Origin: Gemmatimonadota bacterium
Lineage (GTDB): Bacteria > Gemmatimonadota > Gemmatimonadetes > Gemmatimonadales > GWC2-71-9
DNA length: 64,000 nucleotides
Direction: 5' to 3'
Assembly (NCBI GenBank): GCA_020350425.1
Contig: CP070716.1
Coordinates: forward strand, 2,591,382-2,655,381
Shown here: piece after piece, positions 17,863-26,466 of the stretch
Layout: the number at the start of each line of letters is the position of its first letter
Numbering within the stretch: the stretch's first letter is position 1
Made by a program: the position numbers and the translations under genes
The notes under the pieces: model-generated
Seen by the model: the letters and a program-made list of their open reading frames with translations, nothing else
Databases searched by the model: none
Told to the model about the DNA's origin: nothing

Positions 17863-19083
17863 ATGATTCGCCGACACATGAAGTGGCTTCCGGTGGCGCT
17901 CGTCGCGGGTGTGGCGCTGACGGCAGCCTGCAAGGACGACCTGCTGGATCCACCGGCATCCGAAGTCGACAGCCTGTTCGACAAGTACGTGGCCCTCGGC
18001 AACTCCATCACGGCGGGATTCCAGTCGGGCGGGATCAGCGATTCCACGCAGATCCAGTCGTACGCCGCGATCCTCGCCGGGCAGATGGGCGTGAGCGAGT
18101 TCAACATGCCCCTCATGAGCCGGCCCGGATGCCCCCCGCCGTACATCAACGTGTTCACGCAGGACCGGGGCGGCTACGCCGACGACGACTGCTTCCTTCG
18201 GGTGGCACCGATCCCGGAGAACCTGCACAACGTGGCGGTGCCGGGGGCCGCGGTGGTCGATGCCCTGACCAACCTCAGCGCGTCCAGCGACCCCAACGCG
18301 CTCACGACGTTCTTCCTCGGCGGCCAGACGCAGCTCGAGGCGGCTGCCGCGATCAGGCCGACCTTCGTGAGCGTCTGGCTCGGCAACAACGACGTGCTGG
18401 GCGCGATCCTCGACGCCAACGCGGGCGACCCGTCGCTGGTGACCCCGCCTACCGAGTTCGCGGCCAGCTACGCCGCGGTCATGGACAGCATCGACGCCAT
18501 GGGCTCGGTCCAGGGGGGCGTGCTGATCGGGGTCGTGCAGGCGGCCTTCGCGCCGTACCTCAGCCAGGGGCGTGCCTATGCTGCCGCGGCAGCGAGTCTC
18601 CCCCCTGGGGCACTCACGGTATTGGCGAACTGTCTGACCGACTTCTTCGTGATCCCGGGAACGACCGATACGCTGTGGGTATCGGTGCCGTTCCACTACG
18701 GCGCACCGATCTTCGGGGCGGCGGCCGCCGGGCTCCCGCAGACGCTCGACTGCTCCGTACCGGCGGTCGTGTCGTCATCCGAGATGGCCAACATGGTCGG
18801 TGCGGTTGATGCCTACAACACGGCGATCGCAGCCGAGGCCGCGGCGCGCGGGTGGGCGTTCCTCGACCCCAACTCCCTGCTCGAAGACCTGCTGCAGGAT
18901 CCGACCGCCATCAGGCCGTTCCCGGCGTTCAATCCGCTGGACCCACAGCACGAGACCGCGCCGTTCGGGTCCGCGGTGAGCCGGGACGGGATCCACCCCA
19001 GTGCCGTCACGCACGAAGGGGTCGTCGAGGCGCTGATCGCCGTCATCAACGCGACCTACGGGACCGCGATTCCCGAGCCGTAG
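17863..19083 (+). CDS. SGNH/GDSL-type hydrolase lipoprotein
   Basis: Lipobox LTAAC, SGNH block I ALGNSITAG and a block V-like DGIH. GGAGGA precedes the ATG. Confidence 0.8.
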   Translation: MIRRHMKWLPVALVAGVALTAACKDDLLDPPASEVDSLFDKYVALGNSITAGFQSGGISDSTQIQSYAAILAGQMGVSEFNMPLMSRPGCPPPYINVFTQDRGGYADDDCFLRVAPIPENLHNVAVPGAAVVDALTNLSASSDPNALTTFFLGGQTQLEAAAAIRPTFVSVWLGNNDVLGAILDANAGDPSLVTPPTEFAASYAAVMDSIDAMGSVQGGVLIGVVQAAFAPYLSQGRAYAAAAASLPPGALTVLANCLTDFFVIPGTTDTLWVSVPFHYGAPIFGAAAAGLPQTLDCSVPAVVSSSEMANMVGAVDAYNTAIAAEAAARGWAFLDPNSLLEDLLQDPTAIRPFPAFNPLDPQHETAPFGSAVSRDGIHPSAVTHEGVVEALIAVINATYGTAIPEP

Positions 19084-19111
19084 CGCGGGCACGCTTCCTG
19101 GGCGTTGCACA

Positions 19112-19147
19112 CGGGGGGCTCACCTTGGTGAGTCCCCCGCTTTGCTG
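19112..19147 (+). terminator. intrinsic terminator
   Basis: Stem CGGGGGGCTCAC / GTGAGTCCCCCG (one mismatch), loop CTTG, followed by CTTTGCTGT. Confidence 0.55.
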
Positions 19148-19162
19148 TAGATTGCCGCACCG

Positions 19163-20851
19163 ATGCCCGAATCGATGTCCGCAATCCCGTCGGCGGTCGC
19201 GACCGCCGCGACGGCAGCCACGCGAGCGAGGCACCGCGCCTTCGGTGCGATCGCCGTCGTGGTGACCGTCCTGAGCGCGGCGGCGGCCCCCGCCGCCGCC
19301 CAGTTCCCCGACGCCTGGATCGTGCCGCGCGGGGTGCTCCGCATCAGCTTCGAGCCGCACTACGTCAACGCCAGCGAGCGGTTCGATGCCGCGGGAGCGA
19401 TCGAGCCGCTGGGTGCCGACTTTTCCGACGCGGCCGGTGGCGTGCGGCTGATTCCCACGATGTTCTCCCCGCAAAACGCAATCCGCTCGATCACGGGCGA
19501 CTCCACCTACACGCTCAACACCGGCGCGTGGCAGACCGCATTGGAGGCCGACGTCCGGCGCTTCCCGCTCAACCTGGCGCTGGGACTCTCGGACCGGCTC
19601 ACGTTCACCGCCTCGATCCCCCTCGTCTCGACGCGCAGCCAAGTGAGCTTCGCGATCGACTCGACCGATGGCGACCAGGGCTGGAACCAGGTGACCGCGG
19701 AAGCCAGCAACCCCGCGGCGAGAGCGCAGGTGGTGCAGCTGCTCACGGAGCTCGAGGCGGGAGCGGCCTTCGTCGAGGGCCGAATCGGGGCCGGTGACTA
19801 CGGTTGCCCGAGCAGCGCCCAGTGCGCCCAGGCGCAGGACCTCGTGGCCCGCGCGCGGCGCCTCGCGACCGATCTCAGCGTGCTGACGGGCGTCCTGGCG
19901 GACGGCTCCAGCGGCGACATCCTGCCGCCGTTCGCGCCGTCGTCCTCCTCGGCCGCCGGCCTCGCGATCGTGAGCGCGATTCAAGCGACCTCGGCCGAGC
20001 TCGAGTCGCTCGGGGCCTCAGCGGTCGCCGCGACCCTGCCGCTCCCGGGGGCGCGACTCTCGGCCGATGACGTGAACGCGATGCTGACCGGCGCCACGCT
20101 GGGCTACGACGCGTTTCCCCTGGAGTTCTCGAAGTACCACCTCAAGCTGGGCGACGCCGAGGTGGGGCTCCGGTGGGGTGCCGTCCAGCGGCCGGGACTC
20201 CGCGCGGTGCTGCGCGGGGTGGTGCGGCTGCCCACCGGCCAGCGTGACCTCGCCAACCACTTCCTCGACATCGGCACCGGCGACCGGCAGATCGACGTCG
20301 TGCTGGGGGCCGAGGGGGCGTGGGAGCCGGGGAGCGTGCTCGCCCTGAACGCCGAGGCCTCCTACACCGTGCAGTTGAGCGACAACCTCCCGCGTCGCAT
20401 CACACCGCACGACCGGCCCATCGCCATTCAGGCCACTGAGCAGATCGTGGGTCGCAACCTGGGCGATGAGCTGCGCCTAGGGGTGTACCCCGCGATCCGA
20501 CTCAGCCGGGCGTTCAGGGCATACGGCTCGGTCTTCTACTACCGCAAGGGTAGCGACGGCTTCTCGCTCGACGCCGGGTTCACGGTTCCGCCCGGACAGA
20601 TCCAGACCGAGGTCTCCGACCTGGCGTACCAGACGGCCATGACCCGCGTGAGCGTGGGTGGGGGGATCTACTATCGCTCGACCGAGGGGCGCGACGGCCC
20701 CAAGCTCCCCATCGAGGCAGGAATTGACTACCGCGCGGCGTTCAGCGGCTCGGGCGGCCAGACGCCGAAGACCACGTCGCTCTATCTGTATCTCAGGCTC
20801 TACTGGCGCCTGTGGGGCGGCCGCACGGAGGGCGCTACTTCGCCACCCTGA
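19163..20851 (+). CDS. secreted protein of unknown family, probable outer-membrane beta-barrel
   Basis: 562 aa. Signal peptide ending AAPAAAQ. Alternating-hydrophobicity strands and an aromatic-rich C-terminal region (LYLYLRLYWRLW). Confidence 0.6.
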   Translation: MPESMSAIPSAVATAATAATRARHRAFGAIAVVVTVLSAAAAPAAAQFPDAWIVPRGVLRISFEPHYVNASERFDAAGAIEPLGADFSDAAGGVRLIPTMFSPQNAIRSITGDSTYTLNTGAWQTALEADVRRFPLNLALGLSDRLTFTASIPLVSTRSQVSFAIDSTDGDQGWNQVTAEASNPAARAQVVQLLTELEAGAAFVEGRIGAGDYGCPSSAQCAQAQDLVARARRLATDLSVLTGVLADGSSGDILPPFAPSSSSAAGLAIVSAIQATSAELESLGASAVAATLPLPGARLSADDVNAMLTGATLGYDAFPLEFSKYHLKLGDAEVGLRWGAVQRPGLRAVLRGVVRLPTGQRDLANHFLDIGTGDRQIDVVLGAEGAWEPGSVLALNAEASYTVQLSDNLPRRITPHDRPIAIQATEQIVGRNLGDELRLGVYPAIRLSRAFRAYGSVFYYRKGSDGFSLDAGFTVPPGQIQTEVSDLAYQTAMTRVSVGGGIYYRSTEGRDGPKLPIEAGIDYRAAFSGSGGQTPKTTSLYLYLRLYWRLWGGRTEGATSPP

Positions 20852-22514
20852 GGTTCTGTCGGCGCAACAACTCCCCCGCGTGCTGCACGACCACGGGGTC
20901 TGCCGCGTCACCCAGCATGCGGGCGATCTCCAACACCCGATCCTCGCCGGAGCGCACCTCGACGTCGGCGGTGGCAACCCCGCCCTTGGGACGCTTGGCC
21001 ACCGAGAGGTGGTGGCTCGCCCGCGCCGCGATCTGCGGGAGGTGCGTGATGACGAGCACCTGTCGCGCCTCGGCGACCCGGCCCAGGGCGTCGGCCACCT
21101 GGAGCGCCACCTCTCCGCCGATGCCCTGATCCACCTCATCGAACACCACCGTGGCGATCGCATCGTGCCCGGCCAGCACCACCTTCAGCGCCAGCATGAT
21201 GCGCGAGAGCTCGCCGCCACTCGCGACCTGGGCCAGCGGACGCGCATCGAGTCCGGGATTGAGCCGAACCACGTAGGTCACCCGGTCGCCGCCCGACGCG
21301 GTGACGGCCGGGGCCGGATCCACCGTCACCGCAAACTTCCCGTCGGGCATGCCGAGCCCGGGCAACAGCCGCTCGACCTCCTTGGCGAGGCGCGTCGCCG
21401 CCTTGCGCCGCCTGGCGCCCAGGGTCCGCACGGCCTCCTCCAGCTCCCGCTCGGCTGCCGCGCGCCGCTCGCTCAGCGCTCCGAGATCGTGGTCGGCCGT
21501 GTCGAGCAGGTCGAGCTCGCGGGCCGCTTCATCGTGCGAGTGCAGCACGTCGTCGATGGTGGGCCCGTACTTCTGCGTCAGGCGGTACAGTGCGTCGCGG
21601 CGCCGCTCGACCTCGGCCAGCCGCGCGGGATCGGTATCGATGTCGGCCGCGTACTCCCGAATCGCCAGCGCGAGCTCCTCGACGTTGGCATAGGCGGCGT
21701 CCAGCAGCTCGCGCCACGGCGCCACGCTCCCGTCGATGCGCTCCAGTTGGGCCAGTGTCCTGGACGCGCCACCGAGCGCCTCCAGCGCCGCCCCCTCCTC
21801 ACCGCTCTCCAACAACTGCACCAAGCGCTCTGCCAGGTGGGTGAGCTCTTCGACATTTCCGAGGCGCTTCGCCTCGATGGCCAGCGTCTCGTCCTCGCCG
21901 GGGCGGGGCTTGGCCCGTTCGATCTCCTGAACGACGTGCCGCAGGTAATCCGCGCGCCGCTGCACGTCGTCCCGCCGCGCCACGAGCTCCGCCTCCTCCT
22001 CGCGGAGCCGCGCCGCGGTCTCGAACGCCGCTTCGACGCGCCCCCGCTCCCGCCCGGCATCACCGAACGCGTCCAGCAGGTCGCGCTGCTCCGCCGGCTT
22101 GAGCAGGGACTGCGCCTCGTGCTGGCCGTGCAGGTCCACCAGCATACGTCCCAGCGCGGCGAGGGCGGACACGGTGGTGGGGCTGCCGTTCGCCCAGGCG
22201 CGGTTGCGTCCCTCGGCATTGATCTCGCGCCGCACGATGACGCGGTCGTCCTCCAGTTCCACCCCCAGCTCGTCGGCCACCGCCGCGAAGCCCGCCACGT
22301 CCCCCACGTCGAATGCCGCCTCGACGACGGCGCGCACGGCACCGGGACGGACCAGGTCGTCGCTCGCCCGCTCCCCGAGCAGCAGCGCCAGGGCGTCCAC
22401 GAGCATCGACTTCCCGGCGCCGGTCTCGCCGGTGAGGACGTTCAAGCCTGGTTGGAGAGGAAGGGTGACGTCCGCGATGACCGCGAGGTCCCGCACGCGG
22501 AGCTCAGTCAGCAC
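20835..22514 (-). CDS. recN: DNA repair protein RecN
   Basis: 559 aa. Walker A NVLTGETGAGKS, long coiled-coil middle and a C-terminal SGGELSRIMLALK signature. GTG start. Confidence 0.95.
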   Translation of the reverse strand: MLTELRVRDLAVIADVTLPLQPGLNVLTGETGAGKSMLVDALALLLGERASDDLVRPGAVRAVVEAAFDVGDVAGFAAVADELGVELEDDRVIVRREINAEGRNRAWANGSPTTVSALAALGRMLVDLHGQHEAQSLLKPAEQRDLLDAFGDAGRERGRVEAAFETAARLREEEAELVARRDDVQRRADYLRHVVQEIERAKPRPGEDETLAIEAKRLGNVEELTHLAERLVQLLESGEEGAALEALGGASRTLAQLERIDGSVAPWRELLDAAYANVEELALAIREYAADIDTDPARLAEVERRRDALYRLTQKYGPTIDDVLHSHDEAARELDLLDTADHDLGALSERRAAAERELEEAVRTLGARRRKAATRLAKEVERLLPGLGMPDGKFAVTVDPAPAVTASGGDRVTYVVRLNPGLDARPLAQVASGGELSRIMLALKVVLAGHDAIATVVFDEVDQGIGGEVALQVADALGRVAEARQVLVITHLPQIAARASHHLSVAKRPKGGVATADVEVRSGEDRVLEIARMLGDAADPVVVQHAGELLRRQNLRVAK

Positions 22515-23388
22515 GGTTGAAGCGCTCCCGATCGCTCAAGTCTCCCCACTTGAGCTTCTTGCGCAGCCGCGAGAAGAAGTTCTCACGCCCCAGCCGTATC
22601 AGCTGCACGGTCGTGCCCGAGGGACGCACCACCACGCAGTCGTTGTGATGCAGTGAGCCACCCGGCTGCCCGTCGTACGCCACGCGGATGTCCTCCGCGC
22701 GCGTGGGCTCGATCTGCATGGTGACCTGCGAGGAGCCCGGAACGACCAGGGGACGCACCGAGAGCGTGTGGGGACAGATGGCCGTCACCACGAGAGCGTC
22801 GACCTCCGGGAGGAGCACGGGACCACCGGAGCTCAGGGTATAGGCTGTCGAGCCCGCCGGCGTCGCGACGATCATCCCGTCCAGCGTGTACTGCCCCACC
22901 TCGTCACCGTCCACGAACAGGCGGATCCGCATGACGCGCGACGAGCCCGCCTTGTGCACCACCACGTCGTTCATGGCGAGCTCGCCCTGGAAGCGCTCAC
23001 CGTCGGCGTCCACGATGGTGGTCTCGAGCTTGCGCCGCGGCTCCACCTGGTAGTCCCCGTTGGCGACGGCGAGCAGCGCCTCCTCGAGGATCTCGGCCGT
23101 GGCGGCAGTGAGGAACCCGACGCGGCCCAGGTTCACCCCGAGAATCGGCACCTCCCGACGCTCCAGCACGCGGGCGCCGTACAGCAGCGTGCCGTCGCCC
23201 CCGAGGGTGAGCAGCAGGTCGAGGTGGTCCTCGGCGAGGTCGAGGCTCGGTACCGGGGTGGGCCACAGGTCCATCAGCTCCGGCGCGGAGACGAGCTCGA
23301 TGCCGGCGGCGGCGGCGTGGCTGATCAGCCGAGCGAGCAGCCCGTCCAGCGCTTCATAGCGTGGGTTGCCGACGACGCCGATTCTCAT
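22504..23388 (-). CDS. nadK: NAD+ kinase
   Basis: Begins MRIGVVGNP and carries the GGDGTLL motif. ATG at 23388 forms an ATGA overlap with the dxs stop. The ORF-track extension to 24327 is rejected. Confidence 0.9.
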   Translation of the reverse strand: MRIGVVGNPRYEALDGLLARLISHAAAAGIELVSAPELMDLWPTPVPSLDLAEDHLDLLLTLGGDGTLLYGARVLERREVPILGVNLGRVGFLTAATAEILEEALLAVANGDYQVEPRRKLETTIVDADGERFQGELAMNDVVVHKAGSSRVMRIRLFVDGDEVGQYTLDGMIVATPAGSTAYTLSSGGPVLLPEVDALVVTAICPHTLSVRPLVVPGSSQVTMQIEPTRAEDIRVAYDGQPGGSLHHNDCVVVRPSGTTVQLIRLGRENFFSRLRKKLKWGDLSDRERFNRAD

Positions 23389-25295
23389 CGTGGAGAGAGA
23401 CTCTCCTCGGCAGCCAGCGCCCGCACCCGCTGCGCCAGACCCTCGCCGGTGAGGCCCACCAGGGCGAGCTGCTCCCCGCGCGGGGCGTGCTCGTACGTGC
23501 GATCCGGGATGCCGACCACCTCCACCCGCACCTGCGGATCGATCCGCTCGCAGGTCGCGGCCGTGAATGCGCCGAACCCGTTGACCTCGATGCCGTCTTC
23601 CACGGTCACGAGCAAGCGGTGCTCCCGGGTCAGCGATTCCAGCATCGCGTGGTCGAGGGGCTTGATGAAGCGGCAGTTCACGACGGTCACCTGAAGGCCT
23701 TCGGCTGCCAGCAGCTCGGCCGCTTCGAGCGCCGGCTGGCACATGACGCCGACCGCCAGAATCGCGCACTCCTTCCCGTCGCGCAAGATCTCCCACGTCC
23801 CATAAGGGACGGGCGCGACCTCCGCGGCCGGTGGCGCGGGCGCCGGAGCGTTGTCGCGCGGGTAGCGGGTGCAGAACGGGCCATCCTGCTCCATCGCACA
23901 CCGCAGCAGCCCGACCAGCTCCGCTCCGTCCTTCGGCGCAGTGACGGTCATGTTGGGAACCGTGAGCATGTAGGCGATGTCGTACAGCCCCATGTGGGTC
24001 TGACCGTCCGCCCCGACCATCCCCGCCCGGTCCATGCAGAACGTGACCGGAAGATTCTGGATCGCCACGTCGTGGATGATGCAGTCGTACGCCCGCTGCA
24101 GAAACGTGCTGTAGATGGCCACGACGGGTCGCACCCCCTCCGTGGCGAGCCCGGCCGCGAAGGTCGTCGCGTGCGCCTCCGCGATACCGACATCGAAAAA
24201 GCGGTCGGGCCACGCCTTCTGAAACACGTCGGTCCCGGTGCCGGACGGCATCGCCGCAGTGATGGCGACCAGCGTGGGATACTCGGCGGCCAGCTCGCTC
24301 AGCGCCGTGCCGAACACCTTGGTCCAACCCGGCGGCCCCGACGCCTTCGGCCGGAGCACTCCGGTTTCCGGATCGTAGGGATTGCGGGCGTGGAACTTCT
24401 CAGGATGCGGCTCCTGCAGCGGAAAGCCCCTGCCCTTCTCCGTCACCACGTGCACGACGCGCGGGCCGTCGAGGGTCTTCACCAACTCGAACGTCTTCAG
24501 CAGGTGGTCCATGTTGTGGCCGTCGATGGGACCGAAGTAGCGGAACCCCATCTCCTCGAACAGCATTCCCGGCGACCACAGATGCTTGATGCTCTCCTCG
24601 ACGGTCCTGGCAAAGTCGACCATGCGGTCGCCACCCACCAAGTGGGAAGCCTTCTCGATCAAATGCTTCACGTGCCCGCGCATCCGATTCGTGAACGGGC
24701 TCGCGATGATCCCCCCCAGATACTTGCTGATGGCGCCCACGTTGGGAGCGATGGACATGCCGTTGTCGTTCAGGACCATGATGATGTCCCGATCCGAGTG
24801 CCCGGCGTTGTTCAGCGCCTCGTAGGGCAGGCCGCACGTCATGGCGCCGTCCCCGACGACAGCGATCACGTGATAGTCCTCGCCCCGGATATCCCGCGCC
24901 GTGGCGATGCCGTAGGCTGCCGACAGCGCGGTGCCGGCGTGGCCAGCCCCGAAGATGTCGTGCTCGCTCTCGACGCGGCGCAGGAATCCCGAGAGCCCCC
25001 CACTCTGCCGCAGCGTCGGGAGCCGGTCGTTGCGGCCCGTGAGCACCTTCCACGGGTACCCCTGGTGCCCCACGTCCCACAGGATCTTGTCGCGCGGTGA
25101 GTCGAACAGATACGCGAGGGCGACCGTGAGCTCGACCACACCGAGCCCCGCACCGATGTGCCCACCCGTCTGCGACACCACGTCGATGAGGCGCTGACGC
25201 ACCTCGTCGGCCAACGGCTGCAGTTCCTCGCGGGTGAGTTGCCTGACGTCGCTCGGGTTAGAGATCTTTTCCAGCAGAGACATGCCGTTCACCAT
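23385..25295 (-). CDS. dxs: 1-deoxy-D-xylulose-5-phosphate synthase
   Basis: 636 aa with GGHIGAGLGVVELTVAL and the TPP motif GDGAMT. The alternative ATG at 25283 (MSLLEKISNP...) fits Dxs N-termini better. Confidence 0.95.
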   Translation of the reverse strand: MVNGMSLLEKISNPSDVRQLTREELQPLADEVRQRLIDVVSQTGGHIGAGLGVVELTVALAYLFDSPRDKILWDVGHQGYPWKVLTGRNDRLPTLRQSGGLSGFLRRVESEHDIFGAGHAGTALSAAYGIATARDIRGEDYHVIAVVGDGAMTCGLPYEALNNAGHSDRDIIMVLNDNGMSIAPNVGAISKYLGGIIASPFTNRMRGHVKHLIEKASHLVGGDRMVDFARTVEESIKHLWSPGMLFEEMGFRYFGPIDGHNMDHLLKTFELVKTLDGPRVVHVVTEKGRGFPLQEPHPEKFHARNPYDPETGVLRPKASGPPGWTKVFGTALSELAAEYPTLVAITAAMPSGTGTDVFQKAWPDRFFDVGIAEAHATTFAAGLATEGVRPVVAIYSTFLQRAYDCIIHDVAIQNLPVTFCMDRAGMVGADGQTHMGLYDIAYMLTVPNMTVTAPKDGAELVGLLRCAMEQDGPFCTRYPRDNAPAPAPPAAEVAPVPYGTWEILRDGKECAILAVGVMCQPALEAAELLAAEGLQVTVVNCRFIKPLDHAMLESLTREHRLLVTVEDGIEVNGFGAFTAATCERIDPQVRVEVVGIPDRTYEHAPRGEQLALVGLTGEGLAQRVRALAAEESLSPR

Positions 25296-25352
25296 CTACC
25301 GCTACGCCTCGCGTTTCCCCGACCCCCCGCTTCCCCGCTTCCCGACACGTAC

Positions 25353-26279
25353 TCACGCCCTCCGCTCAACAATCAGCTGCGCGAGCCCGGGCAGGAGGCT
25401 CCAATTTACCCCGCTACCCCTGAGCAGGTCTATGGCCCGCTGCATGTGCGCCGCCGCCACGCGGCGCGCGGCCTGCACCCCGAGCAGCCCTGCGAAGGTC
25501 GCCTTGTGCTGGGCCGCGTCCTTCCCCGCGGTCTTGCCCAGCTCGGAGGAGGTCGCGGTCGCGTCCAGCACGTCATCCACGATCTGAAACGCCAGACCGA
25601 TCTCCTGCCCGAAGCCACGCAGCGCCGCGATCTGCTCGCCGTGTCCGCCGGCCGCCAACCCGCCGATCACGACGCTGGCGGTGATCAGCGCCCCCGTCTT
25701 CGCCGCGTGGACGCGGGTCAGCGCCTCCAGATCGAGGGCACGCCCTTCCGCCTCCAAATCGAGTACCTGTCCCCCGACCATCCCCGCCGCGCCGGCAGCG
25801 CCATACAGCTCCGCCGCGATCGCCCCGAGGGAGGCACCGGGCAGGCCCAGCTTGGCCGCGCCGGCGGCCAGCACGCGCGCTGAGAGCGGCACCAGGCGAA
25901 TCCCCACTTCCGTGGCGGTCGCCACGTCGAACGCACGGTGCGTGGTGGGACGGCCGCGCCGCAGATCGTCGTCGTCCATGCACGGCAGGTCGTCGTGCAC
26001 CAGGGAGTAGGTGTGTACGATCTCGACGGCGGCGGCGAGCTCGGCGGCATCGCCGGCACCGCCCAGCTCACGATAGGCGGCCAGCACCAATGCGGGGCGC
26101 AGCCGCTTGCCGGAGGCGGCCAGGCTGTAGGCGACGGCCTCGCCCACGCGCCCGCCGATCTCCCGCTCGGCCCGTGCGCTCCACTGCTGGAGCTCTCGCC
26201 CCACGGCATTCCGCGCCTCTGTGAGGAAGGCCTGCAGCTCAGCGCTCCAGCTCGTCGGTCCGGATCGTTCCGTCCGCAT
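25353..26279 (-). CDS. ispA: polyprenyl (farnesyl/geranylgeranyl) diphosphate synthase
   Basis: Asp-rich motifs LVHDDLPCMDDDDLRRG and FQIVDDVLD. Overlaps the xseB 3' end by 41 nt. Confidence 0.9.
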   Translation of the reverse strand: MRTERSGPTSWSAELQAFLTEARNAVGRELQQWSARAEREIGGRVGEAVAYSLAASGKRLRPALVLAAYRELGGAGDAAELAAAVEIVHTYSLVHDDLPCMDDDDLRRGRPTTHRAFDVATATEVGIRLVPLSARVLAAGAAKLGLPGASLGAIAAELYGAAGAAGMVGGQVLDLEAEGRALDLEALTRVHAAKTGALITASVVIGGLAAGGHGEQIAALRGFGQEIGLAFQIVDDVLDATATSSELGKTAGKDAAQHKATFAGLLGVQAARRVAAAHMQRAIDLLRGSGVNWSLLPGLAQLIVERRA

Positions 26280-26466
26280 CCTGCAGCACGCGCTTGACCG
26301 TGAGCTCCGACTGTTCGAGCAGGGTGCGCGCGACCTTCAAGCGGCGCACTCCCTCCTCAAACAGCTCGAGCGCGCGATCCAGATCCACGTCCGGATCCTC
26401 CAACTGCCGGACGATCGCCTCCAGCTGCTCGAGCTCGTCGCGAAACGATGGCTTCTCCCGCGTCAT
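26239..26466 (-). CDS. xseB: exodeoxyribonuclease VII small subunit
   Basis: 75 aa with FRDELEQLEAIVRQLEDPDVDLDRALELFEEGV. Its ATG forms an ATGA overlap with the xseA stop. Confidence 0.9.
   Translation of the reverse strand: MTREKPSFRDELEQLEAIVRQLEDPDVDLDRALELFEEGVRRLKVARTLLEQSELTVKRVLQDADGTIRTDELER

Noticed and set aside
16420-18696. 758-aa minus-strand ORF opposite the FadL-like and SGNH genes
   Set aside because: It is an in-register antisense shadow. The plus-strand genes have signal peptides, SD sequences and family motifs.
20835-20851. 17-nt tail-to-tail overlap of the beta-barrel gene and recN as a possible antisense regulatory device
   Set aside because: Short convergent overlaps are common in compact GC-rich genomes, and nothing else supports a regulatory role. 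It is mentioned only within the beta-barrel finding.
22504-24327. 607-aa ORF fusing NAD kinase to an Arg/Gly-rich N-terminal 300 aa
   Set aside because: The N-terminal part is an out-of-frame read of the dxs gene on the same strand. NadK begins at MRIGVVGNP (ATG 23388), in an ATGA overlap with the dxs stop.
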